The position numbers and the translations under genes are program-made. A DNA stretch of 64,000 nucleotides from a bacterium. Its GTDB lineage: Bacteria; Ratteibacteria; UBA8468; B48-G9; DTJG01. Under the pieces are notes generated by a model. It made no database searches, had not been told where the DNA came from, and was given only the letters and a program-made list of their open reading frames with translations. Position 1 is the stretch's first letter; every line of letters starts with the position of its first letter. The stretch covers positions 9,835 through 73,834 of the forward strand of contig JAOAAW010000063.1 in NCBI GenBank assembly GCA_026418655.1, read 5' to 3'. Positions 8,069 through 17,292 of the stretch are shown here, piece by piece.

Positions 8069-10738
8069 ATGAAAATTTTTCCTGGGGTATTTCTGCTGAT
8101 AATAATCTTGATTTTTCCTGTGATGGCAAGTCAATATCAGGAAACATATGAAGGTAAAAATTTTCATATCCTCAATAATCAACAGATAGAAGTATGGATT
8201 TTTGGACCCACCAGTATGAGTGCAGAGGGTATGGGGTTAGGGCTGATGGCGCTGGTGCTGCCTGAAAACACCCAGGGTACATACACCTGGAGCATAATAC
8301 AGGGAGAAAATAAAGCAGAGATAACATGGCAATGGGGTTCATATGTCTATAGAACCAGAGGAAACAAGTGATACAATCCATGATATTGTAGTAGAGCTTG
8401 AATTTACTCCCACAGACCCACCAGGAGAGCCAGTATACAGTTATGAATTTCTCACAGTATACGATGTAGAGATAGTCAATGGAGATGCCAGTTATTCAGA
8501 GACTCCTGTGGAGACAGAATTTTTTATTGGAGAGACAAAGATATACAGGGCAAAGGTAAAGCCAGCAGATTTTGTTTGTGATATTTGTGAGTGGATATAC
8601 CCGTGGTGGGGTGAGTGGATAATATTTGAGGTGGAAGGAGAATACTGTTATGTGACAGGATTACTACCTGACTATGGGGTAATATTAGAGGTACATGTAT
8701 GGAGTTATGATAGTGGGTCAGAGCCAGCAGTAGATGGGGTAACATTTGGGATTTACTCAACAAACATACAGATAAACAACAAAGAAGAGCCACAGGAAGA
8801 ATCCACAGGGATATACATTAAGAGAGGTCAGATTGTACCGATAAAGATAGGACCCAGCATGTTAGAGATAGGGAGTCCTGAATTTGTGGGAATGCAGGGA
8901 CCTGGAGAGATACACTTGAAACTGGAAGCAATAGCAGGAGCAGAGAAAGTGTCATTGTGGGAATATGAGCAGACCACAAACACATTCACCCAGAAAGATT
9001 TTCCTTACACCTATAGCTGCAGTCCCAGCCAACAGACACCATTTGAATCAAAGACAATGTATCTGAAAGGAGAAGAAACATCAGTGACAATAAAAGACAT
9101 CATCCTGAGATTGAAGGGATACAAACTCAATCAGCAGGATTCCACAGCGATAGATACAGTTGTTATTACAGTATTTGATATAGACATAATTCTTGCAGGG
9201 ATGGATGAAGAAACAGAACAGGAAACAGGGCTGTATATACCCTTGAATAATGATGATGACAGTGACACAGTGATAGATAGAGAAGATGGTATAATTGAAG
9301 GTGGGGATGATGATGTGAAAGATCTTATTATTTTCTGTGAACCTGTGGACTTACTGGGATTTCTCACATTATCCTGGGGAAGTAATATCAGGTTATGGGA
9401 ATCCACGAGTAAACAGACCCAGATAACAGGGACAGATTATTCACCAGCAGGATCTCCTCCGATAACAATTTATGTAGAGGGATACAATGTCAGTAATTCC
9501 ATCAGAGATACATCAATCACACTTTCTTACACTACCCCTGATGAAACATATCATGAGGACACAGCAAAGATAACAGTATACAGGGTAGAATTAAGTACCA
9601 GCAAAGATATTGTATGTGCGGGAGGAAAAGATGCAGAGATATGCAAGGCAGAAATCACAGGGACAACGAAACCACCCATAGTAGGGATACAGATAGAATT
9701 TGAGATAGTGGGCAATAAAGGTTATGATGGGATAGAAGACAAGACCTATTATGATATAGAAACGGCAGATAGTGGTAGATTTTCCAGTGGCAGGACATAT
9801 GATAGCGGGATAACAAACGCAGAAGGGAAAGCAATTGTTACCTATATTTCAGGGCAAGATGCATCAAACCCAGAGACACAGTTATATTTTTACCCGATAA
9901 TCAAGGCAAGCAGTGGAGGTGCAGGATGTGATACAATTGAAATCAGGATAGATCCACCAGAGATATCTCTTGAGATATTTTTGGACCCAGAGACACAGGA
10001 ATCAGTGGAATATATTATTGCAGATGGAGAAAGCCAGGTGATGAACAGGAAACCATTTTCACCACAATCCTGGCAGATTTTGAAGGGACAAATTCTCAGG
10101 ACCATGGTTCAATAACGACAGAATCACAGACAGAAGGAGATGGGGTAGCGATATCGACATACACAGCAGGCATAGAGCCAGGATATATTGAGATAGAAGC
10201 GATAGATGAGGATGTTAAAATAGCCAATAGGGGCAGCTGGAAAGAAAAATTTCTCAATATATTTGAAGGAAGAAAAAGGGAAAAATTGAAATTGAGGATA
10301 TGGACAGACATGCCTTACGGTCATTCATATTTGCAGAATTCCTATAGTTTTCTTGGTTCAGGTAGACTTGAATGGGTACCTTACAAATTTTCCAATTGTA
10401 GAATCAATGAATTCAATGTTGAAGATACCATATCCGGAGGGAGTACTCATGAAGCAGGTCACTATTATTCAAACAGTGATGTCCGAGTATACTCGCAGAC
10501 AATAGAAAATAATTACCCGGACAGAAGGGAAGAAAGGCTGGGTTATACTGCTGCTCATGAAATTGGACATGGACTGGTTCGATATGGACATTTGCCGGTT
10601 CCTTTCAATAATCATTTGAACTGCTTGATGAATGTTTATGTTACATCTCTACCAGAAAACTGTCAGGCTTTCTGTACAGGAGATGGTTCCAAGAAATGTC
10701 AGCAATATATAAAAATAAAACTGGGGAATAATAAATAG
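8069..10738 (+). pseudogene. Large secreted multi-Ig-like protein with C-terminal Zn-metalloprotease domain, split by two frameshifts
   Basis: ORF 8069-8371 carries the signal peptide and overlaps ORF 8343-10115 in another frame. The frame of 10286-10738 is open back to 9974 and continues the Big_1-like domain (GDEQETIFTT...GDGVAISTYTAGIEPGYIEIEA). C-terminus has HEIGHGLVRYGH...CLM. Confidence 0.72.
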
Positions 10739-12121
10739 ATGATAAGCGTGGTCAAGAAGAATATTAAAGTTCTAATTTGTTTATTTCTTTTTTTGTTCTG
10801 GCAACCATGGTTAACGATAATAGGGCATGACATTTTGGCGCAGGTGTCCTCGTCGGAAGAAGTTGAAAGAAAAATCTTACGATATATGCAGGAATTTCTT
10901 TCTGAGGATCCCACTGGTACAAAGCAAGCAGCAGCGGAAAGGAAAATAATTGATGAATTTGGTCTTAGTGCATTACCGACACTGCTGACAGGATTACTGG
11001 TTGATAATGAAAAGATGACGTACTATTCTCTTCGTACGATAACCGAATTAATTTACAAGAGGATAAAACTTGAAGGGGAAAAAATAGGGAAGTTTGATGT
11101 GGCAGAACTTTCATTATCACAGAAAGAAAAGGAAACATTAGAAAGAATCTACAAGAAGATACCAGATCTTTTGAGTTCACCCTCTGGAAGGGTTAGAGCC
11201 CAGATTGCTATTGCTCTATCAACCTTTGGGAGGCAGGATGCTGTAAGGACCATAGAGAAACTTTTGAATGATCCGGATCCTGAGGTACGATATCGAGCAT
11301 TTTTCGCACTTAAATTACTCGGTCACACCCAATATAATTTTTTCAAGGTCATGGTCGGAGAAGAACCAAGCACACCGGAAGACTACGGGAAGTTTCTTAG
11401 TTATATTACTCCATGGGGATTAGAAATACAGGCAGCAGAGGAATTGAAAAAACAGGGCAAAAAGGCGGTTCCTTTTCTTATAAAACTTGCCTCTTGCGAT
11501 AAAGGTCCTGCCAGGCAGCGGGCGATAAGTTTATTGGGTAAGATGAAGGCAGAGGAAGCGATACCGGTATTTGAAAACTATTTGAAGGAAGAAACGAGAG
11601 ATGAGACGATGTATTCGATACAATATAGCTGTATAGGAGCACTTTTTGATATAGATACAGACAAATCGATAAGAGCGATAGAAGAATATGGGCTAAAACA
11701 TAAAAACCCAAAGATAAGATATTTCACAGCAAAGACAATATACCAAGTGATTAATCCGGTAGTTAGTGAAGAGAGAGGCAGATACCCATTGTTTGACAGA
11801 TACAGTAAGAGATTACAGGAGGAAGCAAAGAGGGTATTAGTAGAGATGTTGAAACAAGTAGATGCTGATAAGAAATTAGAGATAGGGATATTGTTTATAA
11901 GGAACAAAGAGAAAGATGGGGTAGAGATACTGATAGAGATGTTGAATGAAAAAAGATGTTTAAGTGTTGCGAAGGACTGGCTGGAAGAGATGACAGGGCA
12001 GAATTTTGGGCAATTGCCGCAGGTAGTGAGCAAGAAGATGCTGGAGACATATATCAACAGATGGAAGACATGGTGGGAGAAAAATAAAGATACATTCCAG
12101 TTCCCTGAAAACAGACAATAA
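10739..12121 (+). CDS. Exported HEAT-repeat protein
   Basis: Signal peptide (..ILA-Q); HEAT/PBS repeats (LLNDPDPEVRYRAFFALKLLG); C-terminal MTGQNFG...WKTWWEKN. Confidence 0.88.
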   Translation: MISVVKKNIKVLICLFLFLFWQPWLTIIGHDILAQVSSSEEVERKILRYMQEFLSEDPTGTKQAAAERKIIDEFGLSALPTLLTGLLVDNEKMTYYSLRTITELIYKRIKLEGEKIGKFDVAELSLSQKEKETLERIYKKIPDLLSSPSGRVRAQIAIALSTFGRQDAVRTIEKLLNDPDPEVRYRAFFALKLLGHTQYNFFKVMVGEEPSTPEDYGKFLSYITPWGLEIQAAEELKKQGKKAVPFLIKLASCDKGPARQRAISLLGKMKAEEAIPVFENYLKEETRDETMYSIQYSCIGALFDIDTDKSIRAIEEYGLKHKNPKIRYFTAKTIYQVINPVVSEERGRYPLFDRYSKRLQEEAKRVLVEMLKQVDADKKLEIGILFIRNKEKDGVEILIEMLNEKRCLSVAKDWLEEMTGQNFGQLPQVVSKKMLETYINRWKTWWEKNKDTFQFPENRQ

Positions 12122-12206
12122 ACCAGGCATCATCAATTCCTTCACAAATACCTTCAAAATTTCTCTGATCAAATTACGAAATGCCCACTTTTTAGATGTC
12201 GCATTT

Positions 12207-12235
12207 TTGACTGTTATCAAAAAATGTGTTAGTAT
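12207..12235 (+). promoter_or_regulatory. Promoter for rpmA operon
   Basis: TTGACT-17 bp-TAGTAT with TGn extended -10; ATG 9 nt downstream, no SD. Confidence 0.6.
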
Positions 12236-12244
12236 TAGTTCACT

Positions 12245-12493
12245 ATGGGAAGAAAAAAACAGGGTAATGGAAGGGATTCTAATCCCAAAAGGCGAGGAGT
12301 AAAGGTTTTTGAGGGTCAGATAGTGAAAGCGGGTAATATTATTGTCCGGCAAAAGGGGACACATTTTGTACCCGGTCCTGGAACATATATTGGTTCTGAC
12401 TGCACAATTCATGCTTCAAGAGAAGGAATGGTTGTTTTTGGCACCAGTAAAGGGAAAAAATTAGTGAGTGTCATAAGTCCCAATCCTTCATGA
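12245..12493 (+). CDS. rpmA: 50S ribosomal protein L27
   Basis: [29 protein letters not shown]. Confidence 0.96.
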   Translation: MGRKKQGNGRDSNPKRRGVKVFEGQIVKAGNIIVRQKGTHFVPGPGTYIGSDCTIHASREGMVVFGTSKGKKLVSVISPNPS

Positions 12494-12867
12494 TATCCAC
12501 TGGTTTTGAGTGCGTTTGTGTTGAAAAACTTAAAAAAAATTCTGAAAACCCCTCAAGGTTAGAAAGGCTATTTTTGTCTTCTGAGATTGCATATTGCAAT
12601 AAATATAAAGAAAAACATGTTCATCTTGCTGGAATTCTTGCAGCAAAGCTTGCATTTATAAAAGCGTCTTCTTCTTTTGAAATTCCATTAAAGAAAATCG
12701 AGGTGAAACACGATAAATCTGGTAAACCTGTCATTTTATCAAATAGCAAAAAGTTGAAAAATTATTCAATTTCTGTTTCAATATCCCACACAAAATCAAT
12801 GGCTGTTGCGCTTTGCGTGATATCAAAAAATGGAAAAATTTATTCTTCCCGCAAGAAAAAAAGATAG
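12490..12867 (+). CDS. acpS: Holo-ACP synthase-like protein (degenerate active site)
   Basis: AcpS pattern EIAYC...LAG.LAAK.AFIKA...IEV...GKP...VSISH; located next to nnrD. Confidence 0.8.
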   Translation: MISTGFECVCVEKLKKNSENPSRLERLFLSSEIAYCNKYKEKHVHLAGILAAKLAFIKASSSFEIPLKKIEVKHDKSGKPVILSNSKKLKNYSISVSISHTKSMAVALCVISKNGKIYSSRKKKR

Positions 12868-13684
12868 CCATAAAGGTACATACGGTCATCTTTTTGTGAT
12901 AGGAGGCTCACCTGGATTAACCGGCGCAGTGTGCCTTGCATCAATGGCAGCATTGAGAACAGGTTGTGGCCTCGTTACTGCAGGAATTCCAGAGTCCCTC
13001 AATGATATTTTTGAAATCAAACTTACTGAAGTGATGACAAAACCTCTTTCTGAGACAGGAAGAAGGACAATAAGTCCACTTGCACTTGAAAACTGCCTTT
13101 CTTTCATTGAAAAGGTTGACGGAATTGTAATAGGACCTGGCATTTCAACTGAAGCCGGTACAGAACTTTTTTTCAAAACGCTCCTACCAGATATTCAAAA
13201 GCCGGTTGTTATTGACGCTGACGGTCTTAAATTACTCGCAAAAAATCTGGATATTCTCCACAGCAATGAGAAAAAAATTATTCTCACTCCTCATCCAGGG
13301 GAGATGTCATATCTGACGGGTTTATCAATCCCTGAAATCCAGGCAAACAGAAAAAAAATTGCTGCTGAATTTGCAAAAAAATTTAATCTGATAGTTGTGC
13401 TTAAAGGATATAAAACAGTTGTCACTGATGGAAAAAAAATCTATATAAATGCAACCGGAAATCCTGGTATGGCAACAGCAGGAAGTGGAGATGTTCTTTC
13501 CGGAATTATTGGTGGTCTTTTAGTCCAGGGATTTTCATTGTGGGAAAGTGCCACTTTGGGAGTTTATCTTCATGGGCTTGCAGGAGACATGGCAGCAAAA
13601 GAAATTGGTGAGTATTCACTGATTGCAGGAGATATTATTGATTTTTTGCCACAGGCAATAAAAAAAATTGAGAAAAAAAGATAA
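12830..13684 (+). CDS. nnrD: ADP-dependent NAD(P)H-hydrate dehydratase
   Basis: [51 protein letters not shown]. Confidence 0.95.
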   Translation: MEKFILPARKKDSHKGTYGHLFVIGGSPGLTGAVCLASMAALRTGCGLVTAGIPESLNDIFEIKLTEVMTKPLSETGRRTISPLALENCLSFIEKVDGIVIGPGISTEAGTELFFKTLLPDIQKPVVIDADGLKLLAKNLDILHSNEKKIILTPHPGEMSYLTGLSIPEIQANRKKIAAEFAKKFNLIVVLKGYKTVVTDGKKIYINATGNPGMATAGSGDVLSGIIGGLLVQGFSLWESATLGVYLHGLAGDMAAKEIGEYSLIAGDIIDFLPQAIKKIEKKR

Positions 13685-13702
13685 ATCTACCAAGGGGGAA
13701 AA

Positions 13703-16129
13703 ATGGGTATGTTTGAAAATGCCAGATGGATATGGGCAAATGTTCCAGACAAGGAATTTTTCCAAATCTCTTATTTCAGAAAGAAATTTTTTACTCAAAA
13801 GCAAACCAGCGCACTGGTACACTGTTGTGCTGATTCAAAATACTTCTTGTGGGTTAATGGAAAATACATTGGCTTTGGTCCTGCGAGAGGAAAGGCACAA
13901 AATCCCTATTTTGACACACATAAGATACTTCTTCAGAAAGGTGAAAATGTTATTGCGTTTCTGGTACAGCACTACTTTAAACCATCAAATCTGTATGAGT
14001 CAGTTGAACCAGGACTGATATGCGCGGTAGAGACAGAAGGAAAAGTTCTGCTTACCTCCGACTCAACCTGGAAGGCAAAGGAATCACAGGCATACAGCCC
14101 AATTTCCGGTATTTTCTATCCTGAATGCTTTGATGCAAGAGAACAAGATGAAAACTGGTATATGCCAGAGTTTGATGATGAACAATGGGGAAATGCCATT
14201 GAGAAAATCCAGACCAACCTTGCACCAGCAGAAAAACTGATACCAAGACCAATACCTTTAATAAAAGAAAAGCAAATAGTTCCAGAGAAAATTCTGCGAT
14301 TGTACAAATGCCAGATTGAAAATCCGGATGATTTTCTTGACAAAGAAAAAATTGCTGAAACACTTTGGTATGCAAAAATTATCAGTGAGAAAGTAGAGAC
14401 CTCTCCTGATATTAAAGTTCCCTGCAAATGGAAGAAGTTCTCTTTGCAAATTGAACCAAAAACAGCAGTTTGTTTTATTGTTGATTTTGGTTTTGAAACA
14501 CTTGCGTTTATTGAATTCTGTCTTCATGGTGTTTCAGGAACTACTGTAGATTTCGCTCACAGCGAGTGCCTCTGGAATAACATTGTACCCACTTTATGGC
14601 AATCTCCATCTTTAAAACAGGCTCAGAGAATAATCTTACGGGAAGGAAAAACATTCCACAAAACAAACCAGCCTCGCGGTTTCAGATACATGGTTGTAAG
14701 GATATTTAATCCATTGGAAAAGACAGTAAATGTAGCCGTAGAAGGTATTAGGGCTTATGAAGCGATTTACCCTGTGAAAAAACATGGGAGTTTTGAGTGT
14801 TCAGATCAACTGCTGAACCAGATTTACAGCTTATCAGCCAGAACAGTGAACCTCTGCATGGAAGATTCGTACACTGATTGTCCATGGAGGGAACGTTCTC
14901 AATGGGTAGGAGATGCACAACCAGAATGTCTTTTCAATTATTATTGTTTCGGGGCATATGATATTTCAAAGAAGGCCATACTTGAATTTACCTCTGGTAA
15001 CACTGAAGAGGGCTGGGTTCCAGGGGTTTGTCCTGGTCACAGTAAACACAATCTTCCAACCTGGGGAATGAGAATACCTGTAATTGTGTGGGATTATTAT
15101 CTTTTTACAGGTGACATTGAGACATTAAAAAAGGCATATGAAGGTGTCACAAAGCAGATGGAATGGTTATTGAAACATACAGATAAAGATGGTTTGTTTA
15201 ACTTAACTGTGGGATGGAACTTTGTTGACTGGACACGCCTTGATGATAGATATGCAGATGGTGCTGTACAGGGCTGGTTTTATGAATCTTTGATATGTGC
15301 TGAAAAAATTGCAAAGACAACAGGAGATATTGGGGCTGCCAGGAGATATAAAGATCATGCACAGCTTGTAAAAAAAAGCATCTTAAAATATTACTGGTGC
15401 AAAGAAAAAAAGGCATTCAAAAAATATAGAAAAAACAGTCCTGTTAAACCTGCTGATGTGTCTGAAAATATTATAGGGCAGCACGAAAATGTTCTTTTTC
15501 CTCTACTGGGTATAGGTACAAACAATCAAAAAAAGCTTGCGCTGCAATCGATTTGTGGAAAAATGGGAATTTATTTACCAAACATCGGTGATTATCAGAG
15601 TGCCTTTGTTCCTGAACATCGTGGAAATTACATTGGCGAAGAAATTATAAAAATTGGCAGTCCTTTCTGGTCTTTTTATGCGCTGCTGTCTCTGTGTAAA
15701 GAAAAGAAATACGCTGAAGCAATCAGTTATATCCGTTTTTGCTGGGGAATGATGCTTGAATTCGGTGCAACAAGCTGCTGGGAAATGTGGGATAGACATA
15801 CATCTTTATGCCATGGCTGGAGCGGGGCGCCAGCAATGATTTTACCTGCATATGTCCTTGGAATAAAGGTCATTGAACCTGGTTTTAATAGGTTTCTGAT
15901 TGAGCCAGTACTTTTTGACCTTGCCTGGGCGCAAGGAAAGGTTCCAACCCCAAAAGGGATAATTTCAGTTTCCTGGAATCTCACTGAAAAAAATTCATTT
16001 GAAATATCCATTGAAATACCCGATGGTCTTACTGGAATATTTGTAGTACCAGAAGGTTTTGTGCCACGGAAAAACATTGTACTGAAATCAGGTAACTACA
16101 ATTTTTCTTTCAAAAGGAGAAAAAGGTGA
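13703..16129 (+). CDS. Alpha-L-rhamnosidase (GH78)
   Basis: YTDCPWRERSQWVGD, FVDW, GATSCWEMW, SLCHGWSGAP, GKVPTPKG. Confidence 0.92.
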   Translation: MGMFENARWIWANVPDKEFFQISYFRKKFFTQKQTSALVHCCADSKYFLWVNGKYIGFGPARGKAQNPYFDTHKILLQKGENVIAFLVQHYFKPSNLYESVEPGLICAVETEGKVLLTSDSTWKAKESQAYSPISGIFYPECFDAREQDENWYMPEFDDEQWGNAIEKIQTNLAPAEKLIPRPIPLIKEKQIVPEKILRLYKCQIENPDDFLDKEKIAETLWYAKIISEKVETSPDIKVPCKWKKFSLQIEPKTAVCFIVDFGFETLAFIEFCLHGVSGTTVDFAHSECLWNNIVPTLWQSPSLKQAQRIILREGKTFHKTNQPRGFRYMVVRIFNPLEKTVNVAVEGIRAYEAIYPVKKHGSFECSDQLLNQIYSLSARTVNLCMEDSYTDCPWRERSQWVGDAQPECLFNYYCFGAYDISKKAILEFTSGNTEEGWVPGVCPGHSKHNLPTWGMRIPVIVWDYYLFTGDIETLKKAYEGVTKQMEWLLKHTDKDGLFNLTVGWNFVDWTRLDDRYADGAVQGWFYESLICAEKIAKTTGDIGAARRYKDHAQLVKKSILKYYWCKEKKAFKKYRKNSPVKPADVSENIIGQHENVLFPLLGIGTNNQKKLALQSICGKMGIYLPNIGDYQSAFVPEHRGNYIGEEIIKIGSPFWSFYALLSLCKEKKYAEAISYIRFCWGMMLEFGATSCWEMWDRHTSLCHGWSGAPAMILPAYVLGIKVIEPGFNRFLIEPVLFDLAWAQGKVPTPKGIISVSWNLTEKNSFEISIEIPDGLTGIFVVPEGFVPRKNIVLKSGNYNFSFKRRKR

Positions 16130-17280
16130 CAGACAGGGAAAGAGTCCAGAACATTTTACATTACCAAAATTATGATAGAATGCCACTTGTGCACTTTGGC
16201 TTCTGGAATGAAACACTATGTTTATGGGCACAAAAAGGCTATATACCAAAAGACCTGGCTGAAAATTGGGCGGATGGAAATGATAATGATTTTGCAATCT
16301 CAAAAATTATTGGCTTTGATTTTAACTGGTATAATGTTTTCAAGCCAATGCTTGGGCTTTGTCCTGCCTTTGAATCAAAGGTAGTTGAAGAACTTCCGGA
16401 CGGCACAAAAAAAATCCTCAATGCCGAAGGAGTTATTACATTACATAAACCAGGCGCTGGCTCAATCCCTGCTGATATTGATCATCTATTAAAAGATAGA
16501 AAATCGTGGAAGGAACTTTATCTGCCAAAATTGCAGTGGTTCCCAGACAGGGTGTTTAAGGCAAAAGTTGTAACAAGGGATAAGGTCTATGTGTTTGAAG
16601 AAGGTGGGCTTGATTTCCTGCGGAAAAATGAAAGGGATTATCCGTACGGGCTATTTTGTGGAAGTTTGTATGGATGGGTAAGAAACTGGTTGACAATGGA
16701 AGGTGCCTGTTATCTCCTTGTTGATGATGAATCTTTGTTTGATGAAATTATAGAAACAAATGCAGAAATCTGTTATCAGGCAGTAAAAACAACACTTGAA
16801 ACGGGTGCAAGATTTGACTTTGGTCATTTCTGGGAAGATATCTGTTTCAAAAGCGGTCCCCTGATCTCGCCACAGGTCTTCAAAAAAAAGATAGGTCCTC
16901 ACTACAGAAGGATATGTGACCTTTTGAATAAATATGGCATAGATATTGTTAGTGTTGATTGCGATGGTAATATTGATGCACTTGTGCCAATATGGCTTGA
17001 AAACGGTGTTAATACAATGTTTCCAATAGAGGTTGGAACATGGAATGGAAATATCAAGCCATGGAGAGAAAAATATGGGAAAGACCTGCGCGGGGTAGGC
17101 GGGATGAACAAGGTTGTTTTTTCAAAGGATAAAAATGCTGTTGACAATGAAATAAAACGGCTGCTTGAACTTGTTGAGCTTGGTGGTTATATTCCATGTA
17201 TTGACCACAGGATACCTCCTGATGCAAAATGGGAATTGGTTTTGTATTATTGCCAGAAAATGAGAGAACTTCTCGGTTAG
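16126..17280 (+). CDS. Uroporphyrinogen decarboxylase family protein
   Basis: MTDRERV, FWEDICFKSGPLISP, VDCDGN, GGYIPCIDHRIPPD. Confidence 0.9.
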   Translation: MTDRERVQNILHYQNYDRMPLVHFGFWNETLCLWAQKGYIPKDLAENWADGNDNDFAISKIIGFDFNWYNVFKPMLGLCPAFESKVVEELPDGTKKILNAEGVITLHKPGAGSIPADIDHLLKDRKSWKELYLPKLQWFPDRVFKAKVVTRDKVYVFEEGGLDFLRKNERDYPYGLFCGSLYGWVRNWLTMEGACYLLVDDESLFDEIIETNAEICYQAVKTTLETGARFDFGHFWEDICFKSGPLISPQVFKKKIGPHYRRICDLLNKYGIDIVSVDCDGNIDALVPIWLENGVNTMFPIEVGTWNGNIKPWREKYGKDLRGVGGMNKVVFSKDKNAVDNEIKRLLELVELGGYIPCIDHRIPPDAKWELVLYYCQKMRELLG

Positions 17281-17292
17281 CCAGAAGAAACC

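Noticed and set aside
10736..10741. In-frame TAG-ATG junction suggesting readthrough fusion of protease and HEAT protein (similar in-frame neighbours at 17280/17293 and 19952/19956)
   Set aside because: The downstream genes have their own starts or signal peptide and are complete unrelated families. There is no evidence of stop-codon recoding.
8005..12164. 10-bp direct repeat CAAAATTTCT at 8005-8014 and 12155-12164 flanking the island (possible att site or target-site duplication)
   Set aside because: A short AT-rich match is plausible by chance, and there is no integrase, transposase or tRNA nearby. Revisit only if an empty-site genome is found.
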